In this document: positions 5,430-12,555 of the stretch, piece by piece | How the letters are laid out: each line of letters opens with the position of its first letter | Position numbering within the stretch: the stretch's first letter is position 1 | Source of the DNA: a virus | IMG/VR virus record: IMGVR_UViG_3300012352_000396 | Location: 1-38,509 of that record | DNA length: 38,509 nucleotides | Direction: 5' to 3' (one strand) | The notes under the pieces: model-generated | The model's database searches: none | What the model saw: the letters and a program-made list of their open reading frames with translations, nothing else | Told to the model about the DNA's origin: nothing | Position numbers and translations under genes: made by a program

Positions 5430-6552
5430 ATTCTGCTATGGTTTTAAAAAATTGTAGTACTAATTGTGGGACTACCGCATTTCCGGCAGCCTTTATGCTT
5501 TCGTTTCTCCATTTTGGAAAGGTAATAGAGTCCAATCCGTAGGAAACCCCATCATTTCTAACACAAATTGGGGTGACAGTTGGGAAGGTTGACCAATCTC
5601 CTGGGCGACCAAATGGTTCAGTTCTGACCTTCTCGTTGGCTCGTCTTCCGGTCTCTCTTTGTCCGTTCCCTGATTCCAACATCTCGCAGTTGGAGTTGGA
5701 AGTAATCCCATCCCTGCCAGTCTGCCCAAGTTCAGACTGTGCGAGTCCCCCGATGCCGTCACTCTCCTTCCATTCTCGTTCACTTCGCATTCCGAATTCG
5801 GTTCTTGTGTCGTTGGAGTTGGAAGTAATCCCATCACCGCAAAGTGTTCCAAGTACATTGCTCTCCTCGTTCCTCCGTATTGCTGCTGCCTCTTCTCCGT
5901 CTGTTCTATTGTCCGGTCTCTTGGAGTTGAGTTCGGGGTTGGAAGGAGTCCAAGCCTCGCTTGTTGGCGAAGATTGCAATGTAGGTTCACACCTTTCTCC
6001 GCATACTTCTGCTTGTCCTTCTCCCATAGTTCCGGATGCCTTGCTGAGTTCCAATCGAAGCTTTCCGGAGTGGGCAATAAAGAAGATTCGTTGTCTAACG
6101 TGGGGAGCGTTGACGGATACAGCTGGACATAGTATCGGGAAAACTTCGTACCCCTGAGCCTCCAAGTCAGCTTGGATCTCATTGAATACCATCCCGTTTG
6201 ACCAATTAACAAGTCCATAAACGTTCTCGCCCACAATCCAACTTGGGGCAATTTCTTTAATTGCTCTGAGCATCTGAGGCCAGAGATGTCTCGTATCTTC
6301 CGTACCTCTTCTGCTTCCTGCTGAAGAAAATGGCTGACATGGGAATCCACCGGAGAGGACATCGATGTGTCCTCTGTGAATAGTGAAATCTGTTTTGGTG
6401 ATGTCTTCATAACTAATTGAATTAGGGAAATGGTAATGTAATACTTTTCTGCCGAACTCGTTTATCTCGCAATGGAAGACATTCTCCCATCCCATCCACT
6501 CAGCAGCTAAGTCGAAGCCTCCAATTCCGGAGAATAATGATCCGTGCCTCAT
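5386..6552 (-). CDS. dcm: DNA (cytosine-5)-methyltransferase, frame A
   Basis: Motifs: I FSGIGGFD, IV GGFPCQPFS, VI GENV, VIII APHVRQRIFFIA, X AAGNAVVPQ. The ~190-aa middle of this frame is low-complexity and lacks motif IX (see frame B). Confidence 0.8.
   Translation of the reverse strand: MRHGSLFSGIGGFDLAAEWMGWENVFHCEINEFGRKVLHYHFPNSISYEDITKTDFTIHRGHIDVLSGGFPCQPFSSAGSRRGTEDTRHLWPQMLRAIKEIAPSWIVGENVYGLVNWSNGMVFNEIQADLEAQGYEVFPILCPAVSVNAPHVRQRIFFIAHSGKLRLELSKASGTMGEGQAEVCGERCEPTLQSSPTSEAWTPSNPELNSKRPDNRTDGEEAAAIRRNEESNVLGTLCGDGITSNSNDTRTEFGMRSEREWKESDGIGGLAQSELGQTGRDGITSNSNCEMLESGNGQRETGRRANEKVRTEPFGRPGDWSTFPTVTPICVRNDGVSYGLDSITFPKWRNESIKAAGNAVVPQLVLQFFKTIAEYERIATSDKNQKEA
5493..6410 (-). CDS. 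Alternative-frame (+1) ORF nested in the dcm gene; carries LLPTP x4 and SPQFVLEMMGFPTDWT
   Basis: 305 aa, fully nested in frame A on the same strand. Its motifs are those normally found between motif VIII and motif X in LLPTP-type phage C5-methyltransferases. Confidence 0.5.
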   Translation of the reverse strand: MKTSPKQISLFTEDTSMSSPVDSHVSHFLQQEAEEVRKIRDISGLRCSEQLKKLPQVGLWARTFMDLLIGQTGWYSMRSKLTWRLRGTKFSRYYVQLYPSTLPTLDNESSLLPTPESFDWNSARHPELWEKDKQKYAEKGVNLHCNLRQQARLGLLPTPNSTPRDRTIEQTEKRQQQYGGTRRAMYLEHFAVMGLLPTPTTQEPNSECEVNENGRRVTASGDSHSLNLGRLAGMGLLPTPTARCWNQGTDKERPEDEPTRRSELNHLVAQEIGQPSQLSPQFVLEMMGFPTDWTLLPFQNGETKA

Positions 6553-6983
6553 CTTATAAGTATTGTTTTCTCAAATAAGTTAACTTCAATCTCGTCAATC
6601 TCCTTCTCGTAACCAGAACTACTATGCAGGTCGAACTGAGCAAATTGGATATCCCAACCATTTTCAATGGTGGCATCAATTATACATTGTCCGGTTATCT
6701 CGCCTTTGTAAATAGCGACATCAAACTTCTTCTGAAGGTTAAGTACATCATACTCACCAAGGTACTCTTCCTGCACCCACCATGAGAAATCAAACCTAAC
6801 ACGATTTGGTGTGAATGTAATATCATTCAGCCTATTTGCAAGTGCGAATACTTCCATATGCCAGTCAAGCATCTTAGTTTTAGATACTTTATAGTCTGGA
6901 CCGCTATCCCAATCAATGCCAAGATAGTCTGCTAAACCACTAATGTGTACATCGAAAACTGGTGTGTGAAATTCTGCTTTCAT
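6549..6983 (-). CDS. Hypothetical protein, 144 aa
   Basis: ATG ORF overlapping the dcm start by 4 nt. No family recognised. Confidence 0.7.
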   Translation of the reverse strand: MKAEFHTPVFDVHISGLADYLGIDWDSGPDYKVSKTKMLDWHMEVFALANRLNDITFTPNRVRFDFSWWVQEEYLGEYDVLNLQKKFDVAIYKGEITGQCIIDATIENGWDIQFAQFDLHSSSGYEKEIDEIEVNLFEKTILIR

Positions 6984-7025
6984 ATATGCGTTGTTATTTT
7001 ATATAGCAATATTACAATCCTTAAT

Positions 7026-8267
7026 TCAAACAACCAAATAATCTTTTTTAAAATGTTCTAATGTGTAATCTTTCTTGTTCATTACGGCTTTGTATATCTT
7101 CTCTTCAATGCCTCCTTTTGCAAATATCCAATAAATATGGGCATCTTTTTCCCTATCCTTTGTTTGAATCCTCGCCCTTGATTGCCAATAGGAAACGGCA
7201 CTAAAGTCTATGTTCATAAATACCAAAGCATCGGCAGTAGATAGGTTGATACCCTCACGACCGGAAACGATTTGAGATGCAAAAACACAAGCACCATCAT
7301 GCTTATTAAATTCCATAGGGTCCGTAAACACCTCACCGAATATCCATTTTAGTATGTACAGTTCTGCGGTGAATTTATAAAAAATAGCAATCTTCTTGCC
7401 TTGGAATTTGTCTCTAATAAACTCTGCTTTTTTATAATCAAACGCCCTTGCCTCTCGTTTTGGTTCATCAACGATTACTGATCCGGAGTAAATCTGATGG
7501 AGTTTGCTCATCAACTTAACCGCAGTATCACCAAGAACCACATCACCATCCTTATTCTTAACGAGTTTATCAATCCTTAGTCTATCTGCAACCTTGTATG
7601 TCGATGTTTCCATTTCAACGTAAAGGATATGCTCCTGGACTAATTGCTCAAACCCTGCATCCTCCTGCGTAAAGCTTATCATCAAATGCCTTATATTATT
7701 CATTACCAATTCTTTTCTTGCGCATGAGTAGTCATTAATTGCCCTATTAAATACATACTTCTTTTGTAGGACAACAAAATATCTTGCCCATTCGTAGAAG
7801 TTTTTATAGATTAGAAAAGGGGAGAATGAAGATACATAGAGTTGGTGATAGATTTGAGAATACGACTCCGGTGTTGGTGTACCGGATAAAAATATTATAG
7901 GTAATCCTACGCAAATCCTTTTCAACTCTTTTGCCCTTAGTGATGGTGTAGGTATCGCACCAAGGCTATGAGCCTCATCAATTATAACGAGGTCGTATAT
8001 TGGTTGCACCTTTGTGAGTTGTTCGTAGTTGGTAACGTGTATCTCAAAAACTGGTGCGAAGTCTTCATGTTGCTTTAGGATATCGGGTATGGCTTTCTTC
8101 TTGGTTACGAATAGAACTTTTTTTGCGCCATATAGATTCGCAATAGCCAAAGAGGTGAGGGTCTTTCCAGTCCTCACCTCCATTGCTAAGTAAACCATTT
8201 TATAATTGCGTAATATAGACAAGCCTCTATTGGCTATGTCTTCTTGGTAGTCTCTTAGTTCAATCAT
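7026..8267 (-). CDS. SNF2/DEAD-like superfamily 2 helicase
   Basis: RDYQ (Q-motif-like), Walker A EVRTGKT, DEAH box VIIDEAHSLG, LSGTPTPES, QSRARIQT. ATG at 8267 is preferred over the TTG at 8273. Confidence 0.85.
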   Translation of the reverse strand: MIELRDYQEDIANRGLSILRNYKMVYLAMEVRTGKTLTSLAIANLYGAKKVLFVTKKKAIPDILKQHEDFAPVFEIHVTNYEQLTKVQPIYDLVIIDEAHSLGAIPTPSLRAKELKRICVGLPIIFLSGTPTPESYSQIYHQLYVSSFSPFLIYKNFYEWARYFVVLQKKYVFNRAINDYSCARKELVMNNIRHLMISFTQEDAGFEQLVQEHILYVEMETSTYKVADRLRIDKLVKNKDGDVVLGDTAVKLMSKLHQIYSGSVIVDEPKREARAFDYKKAEFIRDKFQGKKIAIFYKFTAELYILKWIFGEVFTDPMEFNKHDGACVFASQIVSGREGINLSTADALVFMNIDFSAVSYWQSRARIQTKDREKDAHIYWIFAKGGIEEKIYKAVMNKKDYTLEHFKKDYLVV

Positions 8268-8439
8268 TATCAATTAAGTTTATTACTATAAAGGTTAATA
8301 TTAGCATTATAATTATAATTACCAATGAGCATAAAACCATCATAGCTTTCTCCATTTCATCTGTCCATATCAAGTACAAGATAAAGCATGATGCTAAAAG
8401 AATAATCGTACTAAAAATGTTGCTTTTTTTTACTTTCAT
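8260..8439 (-). CDS. Small membrane protein, 59 aa, two hydrophobic segments
   Basis: Hand-translated: MKVKKSNIFSTIILLASCFILYLIWTDEMEKAMMVLCSLVIIIIMLILTFIVINLIDND. Overlaps the helicase ATG by 8 nt. Confidence 0.5.
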   Translation of the reverse strand: MKVKKSNIFSTIILLASCFILYLIWTDEMEKAMMVLCSLVIIIIMLILTFIVINLIDND

Positions 8440-8451
8440 AATCTATATTAT

Positions 8452-8961
8452 TTAATCTATTTCTATTGGATAATAAAATTTGGCGTAGTTTATCTCTACG
8501 ACCTTTTTGTTTTTCTTAGCGGCTTCGGCTTGGCATATCTTACACCTCACCACATAACCATCATGCCCACTTTTGCTTCTTGAGAAGAACTTATATTCTT
8601 TCTCCTCATTACAAGTGTTACAAGCCTTTGTGCCTTCCTTGTGAGGTGGCTTTGGTGGTCTATTCCCTCTTTGATACGATGCTGCGCATTGACGACATTG
8701 AGAGTTATAACCACCTTTGTAATATGTTTTAATACAATAGTCGCTTAATGGTTTTACCTTTTGACACTTCGTACACTTTTTGCTTTCCATATACTTCTTT
8801 TTAACTCCTCTTTTTTGCCTTTCTGCACCTCTTGCAAGTTCTCTTCTACGTGCGTTATAGCATTCTTTGCAATTATTGTTGTTTTTTACAAGTGGCTTTA
8901 GTTCTTTGCAGGTGTTACAAGTCTTTGCCTCCATACGTTTGATTGTAGTATTGTTCTGCAT
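8452..8961 (-). CDS. Triple zinc-ribbon repeat protein (3 x CxxC-X12-20-CxxC)
   Basis: CNTCKELKP..CKEC, then CTKCQKVKP..CRQC, then CNTCNEEK..CKIC. No catalytic domain recognised. Confidence 0.7.
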   Translation of the reverse strand: MQNNTTIKRMEAKTCNTCKELKPLVKNNNNCKECYNARRRELARGAERQKRGVKKKYMESKKCTKCQKVKPLSDYCIKTYYKGGYNSQCRQCAASYQRGNRPPKPPHKEGTKACNTCNEEKEYKFFSRSKSGHDGYVVRCKICQAEAAKKNKKVVEINYAKFYYPIEID

Positions 8962-9142
8962 CTATAATATCATTTCCAACATCTTTATACATATAACCAT
9001 TGTTTTGACCATGTTTATAGGTATTTACTATCTGCTCCTTTTCCAGTGCTTTGGCTTGGTCTTGAATATGTGGAGGTATCCATACGCCCATGTTTTTGTG
9101 TATTTTCTCTATTAACCATTCTACTGCTGTTTGTTGTGCCAT
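8915..9142 (-). CDS. Hypothetical small protein, 75 aa; paralog of 9145-9360
   Basis: Shares QQTA..., EKEQI(V/I)N and YYN(Q/E)TY with the next ORF. Confidence 0.65.
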   Translation of the reverse strand: MAQQTAVEWLIEKIHKNMGVWIPPHIQDQAKALEKEQIVNTYKHGQNNGYMYKDVGNDIIDAEQYYNQTYGGKDL

Positions 9143-9144
9143 AG

Positions 9145-9360
9145 TTATTTGTTATATGTTTCGTTGTAATATTCTTTAGCCAAATCAGGAAATCCAATAT
9201 AACTTCTATCATTTTGTGCTAATAAATCATTGCCAAAGTTTATTATCTGCTCCTTCTCCACCTCAATCAATTCCTTGCATTTTACAATTAATTCCAATGG
9301 GATAGTGTACTCATGCTGCATAAGTTCATCATACATTTGTTGCATTGCCGTCTGTTGCAT
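9145..9360 (-). CDS. Hypothetical small protein, 71 aa; paralog of 8915-9142
   Basis: Same motif order as the neighbouring ORF. Confidence 0.65.
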   Translation of the reverse strand: MQQTAMQQMYDELMQHEYTIPLELIVKCKELIEVEKEQIINFGNDLLAQNDRSYIGFPDLAKEYYNETYNK

Positions 9361-9362
9361 AG

Positions 9363-9605
9363 TTATTTGTTTTGATTGAATATTTTATTTCTCATCCATC
9401 TTGCGCCTTCTCTATACCCTACTTCAATTTCTAAACTAATTCCTTCCATATTTTCAATCTTAGTTTCTATCTCCTCATCACTTGGTAGTTGTATTGGGCT
9501 TAGTGAATTAATATAGGATTCTGTATCATGCCAATTTTCATTATTCCCTCCATGTCTACCATTTTGGTGTGCTTTTCTTAGTTGTTCTTCTGTGTATAGT
9601 TTCAT
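9363..9605 (-). CDS. Hypothetical small protein, 80 aa
   Basis: ATG ORF tightly packed in the gene train. No family recognised. Confidence 0.6.
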   Translation of the reverse strand: MKLYTEEQLRKAHQNGRHGGNNENWHDTESYINSLSPIQLPSDEEIETKIENMEGISLEIEVGYREGARWMRNKIFNQNK

Positions 9606-9609
9606 AGTT

Positions 9610-9771
9610 TTAAAGTTGATTATGTTCTTTTAAAGCTGCCTCTAATAATAACTGCACTTTACCTCCAATCTCGTCAACAAAAAATGCTCCAGTCGTGTAT
9701 GACTTCCCTTTGTAAACGAGAGTTACTAATGTGACTCCGGTATCAAGGTGTTTGATTTTTATATTAATCAT
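9610..9771 (-). CDS. Hypothetical small protein, 53 aa (MINIKIKHLDTG...)
   Basis: Internal ATG of the 98-aa track ORF. It overlaps the upstream stop by 8 nt (ATGATTAA), which removes an implausible 143-nt gene overlap. Confidence 0.5.
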   Translation of the reverse strand: MINIKIKHLDTGVTLVTLVYKGKSYTTGAFFVDEIGGKVQLLLEAALKEHNQL

Positions 9772-9997
9772 GTGTTTTGATTTTAGCATCCCCAGTACCC
9801 TTGCATGATCCGCAACCATTGCCACTACAATGTTCGCACATTGGTGTGTCATGCTCGTACTCGTAATCCCATTCCTCAACATTAACATTGTCCTGAAGTA
9901 CGTCAAGAATCAATTCTAATGCCTCTTTTGATTTCCTATCTATTTGGCGTTCCTTACCGAATAGACTAACATAGTAAATAGCATCTGATAGTGTCAT
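9764..9997 (-). CDS. Small protein with DnaJ-type zinc finger (2 x CxxCxGxG)
   Basis: CEHCSGNG-CGSCKGTG near the C-terminus. Confidence 0.6.
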   Translation of the reverse strand: MTLSDAIYYVSLFGKERQIDRKSKEALELILDVLQDNVNVEEWDYEYEHDTPMCEHCSGNGCGSCKGTGDAKIKTHD

Positions 9998-10230
9998 TTC
10001 AACAAGTGTTTAAAATTTTTATACGCTTCTACTTGGTCATTTAATACATTTAATCTTTTCCTCATCAAATAGTAAAACTCTTGGTTTACCCCTAATGCCT
10101 TCACAAATGGTAAAAAGTACATTTCTTTAGAAATAGGGTCAAACTCGCATGACTCGTAATACTTAATAGCATCTCCTGCTATTTCTTTATGTAAAGCCTC
10201 TAATTGGTCTATCCTTTCAAATAAGTTCAT
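9994..10230 (-). CDS. Hypothetical protein, 78 aa
   Basis: ATG ORF with ATGA overlaps to both neighbours. Confidence 0.6.
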   Translation of the reverse strand: MNLFERIDQLEALHKEIAGDAIKYYESCEFDPISKEMYFLPFVKALGVNQEFYYLMRKRLNVLNDQVEAYKNFKHLLK

Positions 10231-10343
10231 AAATTAAGTTTTAAGCAATGAGGGCAAATGCTACGTTTGCTCCCAAAGGATGTGATGGTGTAATACTTTC
10301 TACAAGTCTTGCATTTGACCCATAGTGTTTTAAGGATTTTCAT
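10227..10343 (-). CDS. 38-aa zinc-ribbon mini-protein (MKILKTLWVKCKTCRKYYTITSFGSKRSICPHCLKLNL)
   Basis: Hand-translated. CxxC-X16-CxxC, with ATGA start/stop overlaps at both ends, which suggests translational coupling. Confidence 0.5.
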   Translation of the reverse strand: MKILKTLWVKCKTCRKYYTITSFGSKRSICPHCLKLNL

Positions 10344-10681
10344 AAACCAATGTTTTGCAGGTGCATTTTGATTTCATTATCGAACTTCATTTCGTTTTGA
10401 CCAGACACCATGTTTATCCCATGCATCACGGTCGTGTGATGACTAACTCCAGGACTAAAATATTCTGCTATGTCATTCAACTTCATGTAAGTCATCTTGT
10501 ACAAATAATAAAAGCATATCTGCCTTGCAATAACAACTTTCCTATCCCTTCTTCTAACTCTAAGGCTATCAACCTTTATATCAAAATACGTGCAAACTTG
10601 CCTTATGATAAACTCCTTATCCCTATAAATGGGATTAAACTTTGGTCTTACTTTTAGTCCAGGCATAACAAAATAGTTCAT
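10340..10681 (-). CDS. DnaA C-terminal (domain IV) DNA-binding domain-like protein
   Basis: 113 aa. RKVVIARQICFYYLYKMT..LNDIAEYF....HHTTVMHGI matches the DnaA domain IV helix-turn-helix signature (aRqiamYL...IG..F...HTTV.ha). There is no AAA+ domain. Confidence 0.65.
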   Translation of the reverse strand: MNYFVMPGLKVRPKFNPIYRDKEFIIRQVCTYFDIKVDSLRVRRRDRKVVIARQICFYYLYKMTYMKLNDIAEYFSPGVSHHTTVMHGINMVSGQNEMKFDNEIKMHLQNIGL

Positions 10682-11013
10682 AGTTTTTCTACCTTAATAG
10701 TCTCGTTATTTAAAATCATATCTACAACATCCTCAAGATTGCTTCGTTGCTCTGGGTTTAATAAAGCCATTTTCTCAACAAGGGATTGGAAGCTAAATGG
10801 ATCAGACTCTATCTCTAACTTGATGCCCTTACGAACCTCTTCCCTAAAATGTGGGTAGGTGATGACATCCTTAAAAATCCAATCAATCCTTCTAACATAT
10901 TCTATGAACTTTAACCTACCCCTTGAGTCCGGATGTTGGCGAATAAAGTCTTCGCAATACTCCTTACATAACTTTAGGTGATGAATCATTGATATTGCGC
11001 TTGAGCCTCTCAT
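10678..11013 (-). CDS. Hypothetical protein, 111 aa
   Basis: ATG ORF. The start is uncertain (alternative ATG at 10989). Confidence 0.55.
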   Translation of the reverse strand: MRGSSAISMIHHLKLCKEYCEDFIRQHPDSRGRLKFIEYVRRIDWIFKDVITYPHFREEVRKGIKLEIESDPFSFQSLVEKMALLNPEQRSNLEDVVDMILNNETIKVEKL

Positions 11014-11215
11014 TTTCTTCTTTTAATTTTTCACAATAAAGTATCGCATCCATCATCTCTTCTTGCAGATGCGTTATCCAATCTAACAATTCTAAGTCTT
11101 GTCTGTCAAGTGTAGTGCCATATTTCTTCTGCCCTACATCTGACCTTTCTTTAAACTTTTGAATGATTCTAAACACGATTGAATCCCTATTTTCTATGGT
11201 TACAAAATCTTGCAT
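10964..11215 (-). CDS. Hypothetical protein, 83 aa, possibly a MazG/DUF550-like all-alpha NTP pyrophosphohydrolase
   Basis: KYGTTLDR..LLDWITHLQEEMMDAILY pattern. ATG at 11215 is preferred over the TTG at 11236. The family call is tentative. Confidence 0.4.
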   Translation of the reverse strand: MQDFVTIENRDSIVFRIIQKFKERSDVGQKKYGTTLDRQDLELLDWITHLQEEMMDAILYCEKLKEENERLKRNINDSSPKVM

Positions 11216-11300
11216 AATGATAGTATTACAATCCAAATTGATATGCTAATCGAGAAAAGAAAAAGCCATATAATGGCTCTTTCTAAGTTTCTATGGTTTT

Positions 11301-12044
11301 TCATTTCTGATGCTTTAATTGGTAAGAAACGAACCTTGGCTTAACATCTTCATTGATAGCATTCCAAAGCTTCTTGGTGGCGAGGAACATATCGTAGTCC
11401 TTCCATACTTCGTCAATTGGCTTAGTCACTAATTGCCATCCAATGCCTTGTATTGCCCCATTCTTGCCCGTAGTGCGAGTCTTTGCGTTAAGCCATAAGA
11501 TAGCCACTTGGTCAATGCCGTGCTTAGTCTGCTCATGCAGGAGTTGGAAGTATGCAGCAAGTTGCAGCCAGTACGATGGGTAGATGCTGTTGGATGTCTT
11601 GATGTCTAAGAGTGTTTTTTTGCCGTAGATGTTGCATACTCTGTCAATAGTGCCTGCAAAACCGAGGTTAGCGGATATGTAGTTACCCTCAATTATAATA
11701 TGCTCTGGGTTATGCGTAACACTAAAGTCAACATACCTTTCAAACATAGACCATTCAAGCATCTTGTACTTAGGTCCGTCATTACCGATAAATGTCACCT
11801 CTTCACCTGCATCATAAATCTCAGTAAGGTGGTGAACTACTGATCCTCTACGACCTGCCTCGTCACGAATCGAGTCTGCATCTTGCCCAACATCTTTTAA
11901 CCATTTGTAGTAACTGGCATCCTTTGGATATGCTTCCAGGATGGTAGTAACCGATGGGACATAGCCGCCATCACCGGTTAGATAGAAACGAGAATCTAAA
12001 AATTCAATTCTTCCTTTGTTGTTGTTGATAATAAAATTATTCAT
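11301..12044 (-). CDS. PD-(D/E)XK (RecB/Cas4-like) exonuclease
   Basis: GTIDRV...LLDIKTS...YWLQLAAY motif set. ATG at 12044 is chosen because the TTG-extended N-terminus would run through the terminator hairpin at 12073-12097. Confidence 0.7.
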   Translation of the reverse strand: MNNFIINNNKGRIEFLDSRFYLTGDGGYVPSVTTILEAYPKDASYYKWLKDVGQDADSIRDEAGRRGSVVHHLTEIYDAGEEVTFIGNDGPKYKMLEWSMFERYVDFSVTHNPEHIIIEGNYISANLGFAGTIDRVCNIYGKKTLLDIKTSNSIYPSYWLQLAAYFQLLHEQTKHGIDQVAILWLNAKTRTTGKNGAIQGIGWQLVTKPIDEVWKDYDMFLATKKLWNAINEDVKPRFVSYQLKHQK

Positions 12045-12061
12045 GCTTTTGATTTTTTGTG

Positions 12062-12099
12062 TTTGAAAATAACCACCCAATGTAGAAACATAGGTGGGG
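12062..12099 (-). terminator. Intrinsic terminator-like hairpin with a TGTAGAAACA centre
   Basis: CCACC..ATGT-AGAA-ACAT..GGTGG, followed on the minus strand by TTATTTTC. It shares a 10-mer with the hairpin at 13485-13508. Confidence 0.5.
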
Positions 12100-12115
12100 T
12101 CTACTCCATGTTAAA

Positions 12116-12340
12116 CTAATTTTGGTTATTCATAGTCTGCTCGTATAACTTGTACTTTTTAGCAGCACTAACTATGGAATCAAGCATATCCATAAGGTCT
12201 TCATCCCTTAAAACTGCCATTCCTACAATTGTCATAATATCAAGTGCGCTACCTTCAATATGGACTTTTGTATCGTCCATGTCGTTAAACGTTTCGATGC
12301 AAAATGTTACATCCTTTTTACCTTTTTTTCTTTCTTTCAT
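12116..12340 (-). CDS. Hypothetical protein, 74 aa (MKERKKGKKDVTF...)
   Basis: Internal ATG of the 105-aa track ORF. The upstream extension crosses the structured non-coding segment. Confidence 0.55.
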   Translation of the reverse strand: MKERKKGKKDVTFCIETFNDMDDTKVHIEGSALDIMTIVGMAVLRDEDLMDMLDSIVSAAKKYKLYEQTMNNQN

Positions 12341-12555
12341 GTGTGTGTGTTTTGATGAGTTGGTGTGGGGGATTTGAACCCCCTTTCTCCCTAACGAGCC
12401 ACCATTTTGCAACTTCTGGTAGTTGCCACCCACCTGCGAATCTTATAGGTATGATTACGTCAAACAAAACGCTGCGAACACCTAAACTTAGAAACGCTAT
12501 ATCTAACCCAACCCAAGTGCGTGGGTACAAGGGATTACTTTGTTCGCAATCAACC
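12341..12555 (-). other. 215-nt structured non-coding gap (tRNA T-arm-like hairpin plus an 8-bp inverted repeat enclosing 60 nt)
   Basis: On the minus strand: GGGGG-TTCAAAT-CCCCC (12383-12367), GCAAC-TACCAGAA-GTTGC, and TGCGAACA...TGTTCGCA (12550-12543 / 12480-12473). No complete cloverleaf could be built. Confidence 0.4.

Noticed and set aside
5573-6157. 194-aa plus-strand ORF antisense to the methyltransferase gene
   Set aside because: It is antisense to clearly coding sequence in a locally GC-richer segment. It is S/P/L-rich and low-complexity, so it is most likely a compositional artefact.
9610-9906. Full 98-aa ORF overlapping the 77-aa zinc-finger ORF by 143 nt
   Set aside because: The N-terminal 45 aa look non-protein-like. 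An internal ATG at 9771 gives the usual 8-nt overlap seen elsewhere in this gene train.
12355-12445. tRNA gene on the minus strand, suggested by a perfect T-arm GGGGG-TTCAAAT-CCCCC
   Set aside because: No 5' acceptor strand complements the 3' ACACCAA. The candidate anticodon hairpin has an 8-nt loop and there is no D-arm with GG. No cloverleaf could be built by hand, so it is reported only as a structured region.
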